A stretch of 64,000 nt of DNA, taken from contig OZ220696.1 of NCBI GenBank assembly GCA_965116495.1, positions 768,001-832,000 on the forward strand. The letters are read 5' to 3'. Source of the DNA: Gammaproteobacteria bacterium. Its GTDB lineage: Bacteria > Pseudomonadota > Gammaproteobacteria > Eutrophobiales > Eutrophobiaceae. Of the stretch, positions 30,930 to 40,772 are shown piece by piece. Made by a program: the position numbers and the translations under genes. Under the pieces are notes generated by a model, which saw nothing but the letters and a program-made list of their open reading frames with translations, made no database searches and was not told the DNA's origin. Numbering within the stretch: position 1 is the stretch's first letter; every line of letters starts with the position of its first letter.

Positions 30930-32220
30930 TTCCCTGATGCCTCTGCCAAGAGTATGCCAGCAGTTGCATCATAGTATTTTGCATGCGTCGGCATGATACT
31001 GTTGGCGCATGGGGAATCATTTGAAACAGGTATTGCGGTGCGCAGGTAATTCGGGGAATAGCCGAAGCGGACCTGTTGTTCATTGATTACATTTACGTCG
31101 TTTTCTACCAGTACGGGAAATGACCGGCCCACATGCCGCTGCATAAAGTCGTGTTTCAGTTGTTGCGCCAGTAAATGCAGTTGCCGCAACGATATTTTTT
31201 TATCTCTACCGGCACCTGTCCCGGTAACGTTGCAGCCCTGGTCCCGGCTCGCGGTGAATAGGGAAAGACATGGATATGTGGAAATCCGATTGTCCGGCAG
31301 TAATCCAGGGTTTGTTGCCACTCCGTGTCGGTTTCACCTGGAAATCCGGCGATAATATCCGTTGTTACATTTATATCAGGAACATATTCCCTTGCGGTTC
31401 GCACCAGGTCTGTAAACCCGCCGGTACTGCAGCGCCGGCCCATGCGCCGGAGCACGCTGTCACTGCCGCTTTGCAGGGGCAGATGCAGATGCGGCATAAA
31501 CCTGGAATTATCGAAAAGCATAAAAAAATCATTATCCAGATTCCAGGGTTCCAGCGAACCCAGTCGCAGCCTGGGCACGTCGGTTTCAGTGAGTATTGTA
31601 TTGATCAATGAAGGTAAATCCGTCCCAAGCTCATGTCCGTAACCGCCGATGTGCACACCGGTCAGGATGACCTCCAGGATTTGCCGTGAGTGTAATCCGT
31701 TGATCTCGTCGATGATATCCTTCATGGCACGGCTGCGTTCCGCCCCGCGCGCTACCGTGACTATACAAAAAGTGCATTTGTGCCGGCAACCATCCTGTAT
31801 TTTGATGAAAGCCCGGTTGCGTCCCCTGGTAAACAAGGCGGTTTCTCCCGGTTCAGTAGCCATTTCCGGCATGGCTTCAACCGAGAGCCTCTGATTTACG
31901 ATATCAACGAGCTGATCTTTTTCCGTATTACCGACCATCAGGTCGATGCCCGGCAGTTCATTATAAATACCGGGTTGCAGGCTTGCATAACAACCGCTGA
32001 CTACCAGTTTGGCATTTGCGTTGCGGCGCCGGGTACGCCGTATCAATTGCCTGGATTTTTTTACCGCTTCCCCGGTAACGGCGCAGGTATTGACGACTAC
32101 CAGGTCGGCATCGTCGACCGAGTTGCTTAACCGGTACCCGGCCGCCTGGAAACCGGTTGCCCAGTGTTCCAGTTCGGCCTCGTTCAGGCGGCACCCCAGG
32201 GACTTCAGTGCTACTTGCAT
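30926..32220 (-). pseudogene. mtaB: tRNA methylthiotransferase MtaB interrupted by a 1-nt frameshift near 31185-31201
   Basis: LGCRLN, NTCAVT, KIQDGCRHKCTFC, HLPLQSG and FPYSPRAGT lie in 31156-32220. The expected C-terminus (RQLHLLAQQLK...VLVE...GYSPNY) continues in another frame to 30926. Confidence 0.85.
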
Positions 32221-32229
32221 GATGATAAC

Positions 32230-32399
32230 AATTAAAAATTAGGAATTAAGAATTAATGTGCCGCCTGTGGCGGCGGTTTTTCAATGCATCTTATCCCTTC
32301 CGCAAGTTGGATCAAAGCACACGGTTACGTAACATTTGTAATTCCTAATTCCTAATTCCTAATTCCTAATTCGTAATTCCTAATTCGTAATTCCTAATT
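32230..32399. repeat. Heptamer tandem repeats in inverted arrangement
   Basis: Eight TAATTC(C/G) units plus a partial unit at 32339-32399; four degenerate complementary AATTAnn units at 32230-32257; GCCGCC...GGCGGC hairpin between them. Confidence 0.9.
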
Positions 32400-33541
32400 G
32401 TCTCTTTCGCTATGATCAGTTTTTGTATCTCGGAAGCGCCCTCGTAGATGCGCAACGCGCGGATTTCCCGGTAGAGTTCTTCAACCTTTTCACCCCGGGT
32501 TACCCCGCGTCCCCCGAATATCTGAACAGCCTGGTCGATAACCTCCTGGGCCGATTCGGTCGCATACAATTTAGCTATTGCCGCTTCCCGCGTCACGCGC
32601 TCAGCGCCGCTGTCCTTGGCCCAGGCGGCACGGTAAACCAGCAGGGCGCTTGCATCAATCGCTACGGCCATATCGGCGATCTTGCCCTGGATCATCTGCA
32701 TATCGGCAAGTGTCTTGCCGAACAGTCGCCTGGCGCCGGCATGCTTCACTGTTTCATCCAGCGCGCGCCGGGCGAATCCCAGCGCAGCCGCTCCGACCGT
32801 CGGACGAAACACATCCAGCGTGGCCATGGCAATTTTGAAACCCTCACCCGGCCGGGCCAGCAGGTTTGTTTTCGGCACCCTGCAGTCCTCGAACACCAGG
32901 CGCGCCAGTGGGTGGGGAGCGATAGTATCGATCCTTTCGGCCACTACCAGCCCGGGGGCATCAGCATCCACAATGAGGACACTCAGACCCCGCCCCCCCG
33001 TTTCCTCTCCGGTCCTGACAAACACGGTATAATAGTCCGCGATACCACCGTTTGAGATCCAGGTTTTCTCGCCATTGATTACGTAATCCGGACCGTCGGT
33101 TACGGCGGAAGTAGTCAGGGAAGCAACATCCGAGCCGGCGCCGGCTTCAGATAATGCAAAAGCGGCAATTTTAGCGCCACTGCGAACCGCCGGCAGGTAA
33201 TCATTCCTTTGTGCCTGATTGCCGAACAGGGCAATGGCTCCGCTGCCCAGTCCCTGCATGGCGAAGACAAAATCCGCCAGGCCGGAATGGCTCGCCAGGA
33301 TCTCCCGAACAAGACATATTGACCTTACATCCACCGGCTTGACGGAAGCCGGCGCGGGCGCGGCATGGATAAGCCACCCGGCATCAGCTATTTGTTTCAA
33401 TAATACCCTGCAGGCATCATCGATATTATCAGGATATTGCCGGGGCAGGTGCCGGCCTGACCATTCTGCAAGTTCAGCGGCAAGGCGCCTGTGGTCCGCC
33501 AGAAAAAAAGGCCAGTCAAGATAGCTGCGGTCAACCATCAA
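32366..33541 (-). CDS. Acyl-CoA dehydrogenase (abm-cluster type)
   Basis: [40 protein letters not shown]. Confidence 0.92.
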   Translation of the reverse strand: MMVDRSYLDWPFFLADHRRLAAELAEWSGRHLPRQYPDNIDDACRVLLKQIADAGWLIHAAPAPASVKPVDVRSICLVREILASHSGLADFVFAMQGLGSGAIALFGNQAQRNDYLPAVRSGAKIAAFALSEAGAGSDVASLTTSAVTDGPDYVINGEKTWISNGGIADYYTVFVRTGEETGGRGLSVLIVDADAPGLVVAERIDTIAPHPLARLVFEDCRVPKTNLLARPGEGFKIAMATLDVFRPTVGAAALGFARRALDETVKHAGARRLFGKTLADMQMIQGKIADMAVAIDASALLVYRAAWAKDSGAERVTREAAIAKLYATESAQEVIDQAVQIFGGRGVTRGEKVEELYREIRALRIYEGASEIQKLIIAKETIRNYELGITN

Positions 33542-34347
33542 TCACCTTCGAATTCAGGTGTTTTCTTATTGATAAAGGCAGTGTAAGCGCGTTGGAAATC
33601 CGCTGTCTGCATACAGATTGCCTGGGCCTGGGCTTCAGCCTCTATTGCCTGTTCCAGCCCCATATTCCATTCCTGACGCAGCATGGTTTTGGTGATACCG
33701 TGGGCGAACGCGGGTCCCCGGAGCAACCGTCCGGCCAACTTTTTCGCTTCATCCAGTAATGTATCCGCTGATACCAGAGAGTTATAAAATCCCCAGCGAT
33801 GACCTTCATCCGCACTCATGGACCGACCGGTGTACAGTAATTCCGCCGCACGGCCCTGGCCTATAATCCGGGGCAGTATGGCACAAGCGCCCATATCACA
33901 ACCGGCCAGACCGACACGGGTAAACAGGAAAGCCGTTTTTGCTTCCGGTGTCGCTATACGCATATCGCTCGCCATGGCGATTGCGGCGCCGGCGCCCACA
34001 CAGATACCGTCCACCGCAGCGATGACAGGTTGCGGGCAGTGGATCATGGCCTTGATGAGATCGCCGGTCATGCGGGTGAATTCCAGCAGTTCTTTCATGT
34101 TCTTTTGAGTCAGGGGGCCTATGATATCGTGTACGTCACCGCCGGAGCAGAAGTTGCCTTCAGCACCGGTAATAATCACGACCCTGACGTCATCTGCAGC
34201 GGCCAGGTGGCGAAAGGTATCGCGCATTTCCGCATAGGAAGAAAAGGTGAGCGGGTTCTTTCTTTCCGGCCGGTTCAGGGTCAGCGTCGCTACACCATCG
34301 GAACAGGACCAGTCAAAATGCTGCGGGATATATCCGGACATGCTCAT
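33538..34347 (-). CDS. Enoyl-CoA hydratase family protein (abm-cluster type)
   Basis: [44 protein letters not shown]. Confidence 0.92.
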   Translation of the reverse strand: MSMSGYIPQHFDWSCSDGVATLTLNRPERKNPLTFSSYAEMRDTFRHLAAADDVRVVIITGAEGNFCSGGDVHDIIGPLTQKNMKELLEFTRMTGDLIKAMIHCPQPVIAAVDGICVGAGAAIAMASDMRIATPEAKTAFLFTRVGLAGCDMGACAILPRIIGQGRAAELLYTGRSMSADEGHRWGFYNSLVSADTLLDEAKKLAGRLLRGPAFAHGITKTMLRQEWNMGLEQAIEAEAQAQAICMQTADFQRAYTAFINKKTPEFEGD

Positions 34348-34389
34348 TGATAATTTCCGTGTATGTCAGTGATAAGGCGATTATGGGTA

Positions 34390-35154
34390 TCACATTACTT
34401 CGCCACCGGCTATCGGGATGGACTGGCCGGTGACGGATTCGCTGCCTGGCAGGCATAACCAGGCTACCGCGGTGGCTACTTCTTCCGGTTCGATAAACCG
34501 GTGTTGCGGGTTAGCCGATTTGAGGCGCGCTTCAGCATCCTCCCGCGCCATGCCCGTCTTGTCCATAATCCTGGTTATTGCCTCCGTAATCAAGTCAGTA
34601 TTGGTATAGCCCGGGCAGATTGCATTGACGGTTATACCGGTCCCTGCCAGTTCCAGCGCCAGGGAACGGGTAAGGCCGATGACGCCATGTTTGGCCGCGC
34701 AATAAGCCGCCACATAAGCATAGCCGGTAAGCCCGGCAGTACTGGCTATATTGATGATACGGCCCCAGTCTGCTTCAAGCATCCCGTCCAGCACCTGGCT
34801 GCTGCAATAAAATACACCATCCAGGTTAACGGCAATCGACTGTTTCCAACTGTTATTGTCGATGCGCGCGAATGGACTGCTGCCGGCCATGCCGGCGTTA
34901 TTTACCAGGATGTCAACAGGACCAAACCGGGCTACAGCTTCTGCAAACCCTGCCACTACGGTTTCTTCATCAGCTACGTCCAGCTGTACAGCGGATGCGC
35001 GACCTAACTGCTCCGCCCTGGAATGTAAAGAACTTTCCGTCCGGCCCATCAGGGTAATCCTGGCCCCCAGCCGGTCCATTTCCGCTGCGATCGCTGCGCC
35101 TATACCCTTGCCACCGCCGGTAACCACCACATGTTTATCGTTGAGAGCATTCAT
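34390..35154 (-). CDS. SDR oxidoreductase (abm-cluster type, 3-hydroxyacyl-CoA dehydrogenase-like)
   Basis: TGGGKGIG, NNAG, YVAAYCAAKHG, C-terminal AGGEVM. Confidence 0.92.
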   Translation of the reverse strand: MNALNDKHVVVTGGGKGIGAAIAAEMDRLGARITLMGRTESSLHSRAEQLGRASAVQLDVADEETVVAGFAEAVARFGPVDILVNNAGMAGSSPFARIDNNSWKQSIAVNLDGVFYCSSQVLDGMLEADWGRIINIASTAGLTGYAYVAAYCAAKHGVIGLTRSLALELAGTGITVNAICPGYTNTDLITEAITRIMDKTGMAREDAEARLKSANPQHRFIEPEEVATAVAWLCLPGSESVTGQSIPIAGGEVM

Positions 35155-35272
35155 ATGACACGGCTATATTACCATAGCCTGATTCCGCTCAGCCCGCCGG
35201 TATTTTTCTATTCAAAAATACATTCACTAATGCTACACTTGCCCAGTTAAATTTGAATACCTGCAAAAAGCC

Positions 35273-37720
35273 ATGGGGAAAGACCTGATTGTTGTAGGCA
35301 ATGGAATGGCGCCCAGCCGCGCTTTGGAAAAACTCAACGAACAGGATCCTGATGCCTACAATGTCACAATTTTCAACGCCGAACCGCGCGTCAGCTATAA
35401 CCGCGTCATGTTATCTCCGGTCCTGTCCGGTGAGGAAGATTTTGAGAAAACCATTATTCACGGGGATGACTGGTATTTTAAGCACGGCTTTATTCTCTAC
35501 CGGGGTTGCCCGGTCACTGAAATAGATCGGGAAGCCAGGACAGTCAAGGCCATTAATGGAATTGCCGAGCCTTATGACAAACTGCTGATTGCAACGGGGT
35601 CATCTCCGGTCAAACTTTCCATTCCTGGAAACGACAAGGAAGGGGTGCTTTCGTACAGAGACCTGGACGATGTGAAAGCCATGCTGAGCGCTGCTGAAAC
35701 CAAGCGGCAGGCGGTGGTGATTGGTGGCGGACTGCTCGGACTCGAGGCGGCTGCAGGACTGCGCAACCGGGGTATGGAAGTGACGGTAGTGCACCGCAAC
35801 CCTACACTAATGGACCGCCAGTTGGATGAGACTGCCGGCCACCTGTTACAGCGCGCAATCGAGTCACTCGGCATCCGGGTGTTGACCGGGAGACATACAA
35901 AAGCAATCACCGGCGACGAGCATGTAAAGGGGGTACTGTTTAAGGACGGTAGTAGTATACAAGCGGATATCGTGATCATGGCGGTGGGGATTCGTCCGAG
36001 TGTATGGTTGGCGGATAACGCCGGGTTGAATGTCAACCGGGGAATCGTTGTCGACGAACATATGCGCACCTCTGATCCCGACATCCTCGCAATCGGCGAG
36101 TGCGCTGAATTCGAAGGGAATGTTTACGGTCTGCTTGCACCACTATACGAAATGGCGAACGTCGCTGCCGCCACTTTACTCGGAGATGAGGAGCAACAAT
36201 TCGAAAATCGGGTGACTGCGGCACAACTAAAGGTAACGGGGATTGATCTCTATTCTGCCGGTGACTTTGCCGACAGCGATAATCGGGAAGAGATTGTTTT
36301 GCGGGACCCGAACCAAGGCGTATACAGACGGCTTGTCCTCGAAGACAACCGTTTGGTTGGGACAGTTCTTTACGGTGATACCTCGTCCATGGGATGGTAC
36401 TTCCAGATGATCAAGGACAGCACGGATATCTCCGGTATCCGTGATTACATGATATTCGGGCCCGGTTTTGCAGAAGGCGCGGCCCAAGACCCGACGGCAG
36501 CTGTTGCGTCCCTGCCGGATGATGCGGAGATCTGCGGATGTAACGGTGTAACAAAAGGCGAGATCAAGCAAGCTGTTGACGCTAACAACCTGACTACGCT
36601 GGAAGAGGTGCGCGCCTGCACCAAGGCATCCGCCTCTTGCGGGTCATGTACCGGTCTGGTGGAACAACTGCTGCTCCTGAGACTTGGCGATTCGTACCAA
36701 CCCGCTGAGGTAAAACCCATATGCGGCTGTACCGATCTGAGTCATTCCGATGTGCGCCGGCTTATCAGCGCGCGCAATATCAAAACCATACCCGATTTGA
36801 TGCAGGAACTGGAATGGAAGAGTTCCGGCGGTTGCGCCAAGTGCAAGCCTGCGCTGAATTACTACCTGCTGGCGACCTGGCCGGGTGAATACGTCGATGA
36901 TAAACAATCCCGTTTCATCAATGAGCGGGTACATGCCAACATTCAGAAGGACGGCACTTATTCCGTCGTACCGCGAATGTGGGGAGGATCTACGTCTTCC
37001 AGCGAATTGCGCGCTATTGCGGACGTGGTTGACAAATTCCATATACCGACAGTCAAGGTAACCGGTGGTCAGCGCATCGATATGCTCGGTATCAAAAAAG
37101 AAGACCTGCCTGCAGTCTGGGCGGACCTGAATAAAGCCGGCCTGGTTTCGGGACATGCCTACGGCAAAGCGGTTCGTACGGTAAAAACCTGTGTCGGCAA
37201 GGAATGGTGCCGCTTTGGCACCCAGGATTCCACCGGGCTGGGTATCCGGCTGGAAAAATTCCTGTGGGGTTCATGGACGCCTGCCAAGGTAAAGATGGCG
37301 GTCTCGGGATGTCCGAGAAACTGTGCTGAAGCCACTTGTAAGGATGTGGGCATCGTTTGCGTGGAATCCGGGTATGATGTCCACTTCGCCGGCGCTGCCG
37401 GCATGGATGTCAGGGAGACCGAATTGCTGGGCCATGTCGACAACGAAGATGACGCCATAGAAATAGTGGCTGCCGTTATACAGCTATACCGGGAGCAGGG
37501 ACATTATCTTGAAAGGATCTACAAGTGGGCCAGGCGTGTCGGCGTAGATTCGATCCGGGATGCGGTTGTGGATGATGCAGCCAATCGCAAATCACTGTGC
37601 GCAAGGTTTGTCCACTCACAGAAATTTCATCAGATCGATCCTTGGGAAGAACGGGTAAAAGGCCATGATCAGCATGAATTCGCCCCGATCAAGGAACTCA
37701 GCACTCTGGAGTTGGCTTGA
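35273..37720 (+). CDS. nirB: NAD(P)H nitrite reductase large subunit
   Basis: GNGMA, GGGLLGLEAA, two BFD-like Cys clusters, ANIQKDGTYSVVPR, KTCVG..WC, SGCPRNC. Confidence 0.96.
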   Translation: MGKDLIVVGNGMAPSRALEKLNEQDPDAYNVTIFNAEPRVSYNRVMLSPVLSGEEDFEKTIIHGDDWYFKHGFILYRGCPVTEIDREARTVKAINGIAEPYDKLLIATGSSPVKLSIPGNDKEGVLSYRDLDDVKAMLSAAETKRQAVVIGGGLLGLEAAAGLRNRGMEVTVVHRNPTLMDRQLDETAGHLLQRAIESLGIRVLTGRHTKAITGDEHVKGVLFKDGSSIQADIVIMAVGIRPSVWLADNAGLNVNRGIVVDEHMRTSDPDILAIGECAEFEGNVYGLLAPLYEMANVAAATLLGDEEQQFENRVTAAQLKVTGIDLYSAGDFADSDNREEIVLRDPNQGVYRRLVLEDNRLVGTVLYGDTSSMGWYFQMIKDSTDISGIRDYMIFGPGFAEGAAQDPTAAVASLPDDAEICGCNGVTKGEIKQAVDANNLTTLEEVRACTKASASCGSCTGLVEQLLLLRLGDSYQPAEVKPICGCTDLSHSDVRRLISARNIKTIPDLMQELEWKSSGGCAKCKPALNYYLLATWPGEYVDDKQSRFINERVHANIQKDGTYSVVPRMWGGSTSSSELRAIADVVDKFHIPTVKVTGGQRIDMLGIKKEDLPAVWADLNKAGLVSGHAYGKAVRTVKTCVGKEWCRFGTQDSTGLGIRLEKFLWGSWTPAKVKMAVSGCPRNCAEATCKDVGIVCVESGYDVHFAGAAGMDVRETELLGHVDNEDDAIEIVAAVIQLYREQGHYLERIYKWARRVGVDSIRDAVVDDAANRKSLCARFVHSQKFHQIDPWEERVKGHDQHEFAPIKELSTLELA

Positions 37721-38073
37721 TGTCATCTGATTGCTGGACAACTATAGGAAATGTGGATGATATACCGGTTGCGGGCGCGCGGGTGGTCATCTCCCCCGGC
37801 TGCAGGATAGCGGTATTTCGAACCGAGGACAATCAAGTCTTCGCGCTGGAAGATCGATGCCCGCATCGCAAAGGTCCTATCAGCCAGGGGATCGTCCACG
37901 GCAAGAAGGTAACATGTCCCCTGCACAACCTGGTTATTGACCTGGACAGTGGAAATACGCAGGAATCCGGCATCGTACCGGTATGCACCATATCCACCCG
38001 GGTCGGAGAGAACGGAGAAGTGCTGCTGAATATGGATGACATCCGGGCCAGACTGGAGTCCGGGACCAGATAA
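37720..38073 (+). CDS. nirD: Nitrite reductase small subunit (Rieske type)
   Basis: IAVFRT, CPH.KGP.SQGIVHG..VTCPLH; TGATG coupling to nirB. Confidence 0.93.
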   Translation: MSSDCWTTIGNVDDIPVAGARVVISPGCRIAVFRTEDNQVFALEDRCPHRKGPISQGIVHGKKVTCPLHNLVIDLDSGNTQESGIVPVCTISTRVGENGEVLLNMDDIRARLESGTR

Positions 38074-38108
38074 CACGCATAGAACGTCCGCCTGGTGCAG
38101 TGGTTGAA

Positions 38109-39266
38109 TCAGCGGTTGGGCGTATGACCGCAAACCATGCCGGCGATGATCATCTTCTGTATGTTCGAGGTCCCTTCGACTATTTGCAGGGACTTGGCGT
38201 CGCGATAGAACCGTTCGGCCGGGTATTCCGTGGAATAACCGTAGGACCCGAAGATTTTCATACACTCGTTTGCCGCGTGCACCGCTGCTTCGGACGCAGC
38301 AAGTTTGGCCATGGAGGTTTCATACTGGTTGGGCCTGCCCTGATCCTTTAACCAAGCGGCCTTGTATACCAGCAGTTGCGCAGCCTGGTGTTCCACCGCC
38401 ATGTCGGCAATCTGGGACTGTATCATCTGGTGGCGTGAAATGGGTTTGCCGAATTGCTTACGCTCGTTTGCATAGTCAACGGCCAGTTGTAGTGCGCCAC
38501 CGGCCACACCCAGGGCGCCGGCGGCACAACCGATGCGGGTATTGTTCAACTGCCACATGCACATCTTGAAGCCGTTGTTAAGTTCGCCGAGCAGGGCGTT
38601 TTTGGGAACACGTGCGCCTGCAAAGATAAATTCACCGGTCGGGGAGCAATGCAGACCCAGCTTGGTGTCGATGGGCCGGGCAGTACAGCCTTCCAGGTTC
38701 TTGGGTTCGATGATAAAGCAACTGATGCCCTTGTTGCCCTTGTCCCGGTCCGTATAGGCGTACAACAGGCCGGCGTCGCCTATATGGGCGTTGGAGATCC
38801 ATATCTTGCTGCCATGCAGTTCATAATGGTCGCCCCTGTCGATGGCGTGGGTCTTCATGTTGGCAACATCGGAACCGGTATCCGGCTCAGTCATGGCAAA
38901 GAACCCTATTCGGGCGCCATTGATCCAGCCGGGAATGTATTTCTCCTGTTGTTCCTGTGTGCCGAATTCAGCTACTGACAGGGGAGCGCCGAGGTTCTGC
39001 ATGTTGAAGGGCAGTCGCCATGAGGCCGATACCTGGCTAATCTGCTCCGCCATGAGCACGGATTCCAGGAAGCCCATCCCGTTTCCGTTCAATTCTTCCG
39101 GCAACACACATGAAAAAAAACCGAGTTCGCCCATTTCTGCCACGCGTTCCAGCTTGAATTCATGGTTTTTTTCTTCCTGTTCGAGTGTCGGCGCAATTTC
39201 TTCCAGGGCAAATCGCCGGGCCGTATCCTGTACCAGACGCTGCTCTTCGGTTAATTCAAAAAACAT
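38109..39266 (-). CDS. Glutaryl-CoA dehydrogenase, non-decarboxylating type
   Basis: ACAD fold with RxxxN (WRLPFN) carboxylate-binding motif, YAYTD, YGYSTEYP, and Val rather than Tyr before the catalytic Glu (IVEGT); last gene of the decarboxylase operon. Confidence 0.85.
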   Translation of the reverse strand: MFFELTEEQRLVQDTARRFALEEIAPTLEQEEKNHEFKLERVAEMGELGFFSCVLPEELNGNGMGFLESVLMAEQISQVSASWRLPFNMQNLGAPLSVAEFGTQEQQEKYIPGWINGARIGFFAMTEPDTGSDVANMKTHAIDRGDHYELHGSKIWISNAHIGDAGLLYAYTDRDKGNKGISCFIIEPKNLEGCTARPIDTKLGLHCSPTGEFIFAGARVPKNALLGELNNGFKMCMWQLNNTRIGCAAGALGVAGGALQLAVDYANERKQFGKPISRHQMIQSQIADMAVEHQAAQLLVYKAAWLKDQGRPNQYETSMAKLAASEAAVHAANECMKIFGSYGYSTEYPAERFYRDAKSLQIVEGTSNIQKMIIAGMVCGHTPNR

Positions 39267-39279
39267 GGTTGATTCTCTC

Positions 39280-39501
39280 TTATGCAGACTCGATAGACAT
39301 GAGTGGCTGATCCTCCTCCACTTCGTCGCCTTCCTTGACCAGGATTTGTTTCACCTTGCCGTCACAGGGAGCATAGACCGGCGTTTCCATTTTCAAAGCC
39401 TCGATGATAAGCACTTCGTCATCCTCTTCGAGGACTTCGTTCAGTGTTGCCGTAATTTTCCAGATTGTTCCCGACAGGGGCGCCAATACCTCTTCCGCCA
39501 T
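39280..39501 (-). CDS. Stand-alone biotin carboxyl carrier subunit (GcdC-like)
   Basis: 73 aa; APLSG, EALKME biotinyl-lysine motif, VKEGDEV. Confidence 0.92.
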   Translation of the reverse strand: MAEEVLAPLSGTIWKITATLNEVLEEDDEVLIIEALKMETPVYAPCDGKVKQILVKEGDEVEEDQPLMSIESA

Positions 39502-39517
39502 GACTTTTCTCCGAGAT

Positions 39518-40621
39518 TTATTGCAAGATTGTTAGAAATATACCGGCAGCAATGACGGTACCGATTACACCGGCGATATTGGGGCCCATGGCAACCATGA
39601 GCAGGTAATTCTTTTTATCCGCCTCAGCCCCAATTTTCTGAACCACCCGGGCCGCCATCGGCACGGCAGAGACCCCGGCCGCGCCGACCAGGGGATTGAT
39701 CTTGTCCGGGATAAAAATATTCAGCAGTTTGGCCAGCAGTATGCCGCTTGCCGTACTGATCATGAATGCGAACATGCCGAGGAAGAAAATCAGTATGACG
39801 TCACTACGTAAAAAACTGTCTGCGCTCATGGTTGCGCCTATACTGACGCCAAGGAATATGGTTGCTATATTCATCAGGGAATTCTGGGCGGCATCAGTCA
39901 AACGATCGACCACCTTGGATTCCCGGAACAGGTTGCCCAGCATGAACATGGACACCAGGGGCGCAGAAGCAGGTACCATCAGGATAATCACCATGGCGGC
40001 TATTATGGGAAACAGCAGCTTCTCCCTCGGACTGATCTTACGGCCTTTGCGCATGCGGATTTTTCGCTCATTTTCCGTCGTCAACAAACGCATGATAGGG
40101 GGCTGGATGATAGGCACCAGCGCCATGTAGGAATAGGCGGCAACCGCGCAGGCACCGAGCAGGTGCGGCGCCAGTTTCGCCGCCAGAAAGATAGTCGTGG
40201 GTCCGTCCGCCCCGCCAATAATGCTGATGGTGGCGGCATCTTCCAGGCTGAAACCCATCCAGCAAGCCAGAAAAAACGTAAGGTAAACACCCACCTGCGC
40301 GCCTGCGCCCAGAAAGATGAGTAATGGTTGCGAGAGTAACGGGCCGAAATCGGTCAGCGCGCCAAGACCCAGGAAGATCAGGGGGGGAATGATGCGCCAT
40401 TCGATCCCGTGGTGATAGAAGCGCCAGAGCAATCCGTCTCCGGGCTCCATCAGCCCGGTCAACGGCAGGTTGGCAAGGAGAATGCCGAAACCTATGGGCA
40501 GCAGCAACAATGGTTCATACTGCCTGGTGACAGCCAGGTAGAGCAGGGTCAGTCCAATCAGCCACATCAGCAACATTTCGGGCGTGACGGAAAAAATCCC
40601 CATGTTTTCTATAAACGCCAT
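39518..40621 (-). CDS. Na+-translocating decarboxylase beta subunit (GcdB/OadB)
   Basis: EPLLLLPIGFG, GALTDFGP, IIGGADGPT, AYSYMALVP, GVSAVPMAARV, MGPNIAGVIG. Confidence 0.97.
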   Translation of the reverse strand: MAFIENMGIFSVTPEMLLMWLIGLTLLYLAVTRQYEPLLLLPIGFGILLANLPLTGLMEPGDGLLWRFYHHGIEWRIIPPLIFLGLGALTDFGPLLSQPLLIFLGAGAQVGVYLTFFLACWMGFSLEDAATISIIGGADGPTTIFLAAKLAPHLLGACAVAAYSYMALVPIIQPPIMRLLTTENERKIRMRKGRKISPREKLLFPIIAAMVIILMVPASAPLVSMFMLGNLFRESKVVDRLTDAAQNSLMNIATIFLGVSIGATMSADSFLRSDVILIFFLGMFAFMISTASGILLAKLLNIFIPDKINPLVGAAGVSAVPMAARVVQKIGAEADKKNYLLMVAMGPNIAGVIGTVIAAGIFLTILQ

Positions 40622-40749
40622 TATTCTTCTTTATTCTCCGGCTTCCTGTTTACCACCAGCGCGAGCACCTTGACGGCGAAATACAACATTGCCATTCCGG
40701 CGAATACACCGCCGATACCGTTAAGGAATATTTCCAGTGCCTGTTCCAT
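40621..40749 (-). CDS. 42-aa OadG/GcdD-like membrane subunit (absent from the ORF track)
   Basis: MEQALEIFLNGIGGVFAGMAMLYFAVKVLALVVNRKPENKEE; one TM helix with GxxxVF; its stop overlaps the beta-subunit ATG (TAATG). Confidence 0.85.
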   Translation of the reverse strand: MEQALEIFLNGIGGVFAGMAMLYFAVKVLALVVNRKPENKEE

Positions 40750-40772
40750 GAACCTGGTTTTGCCGATAGTGA

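Noticed and set aside
30926-31321. 131-aa ORF as an independent gene
   Set aside because: Its C-terminal part is the out-of-frame end of MtaB.
37720-38073. NirD as the missing ferredoxin of the Rieske dioxygenase
   Set aside because: It is translationally coupled to nirB and has typical NirD motifs; nothing links it to the oxygenase.
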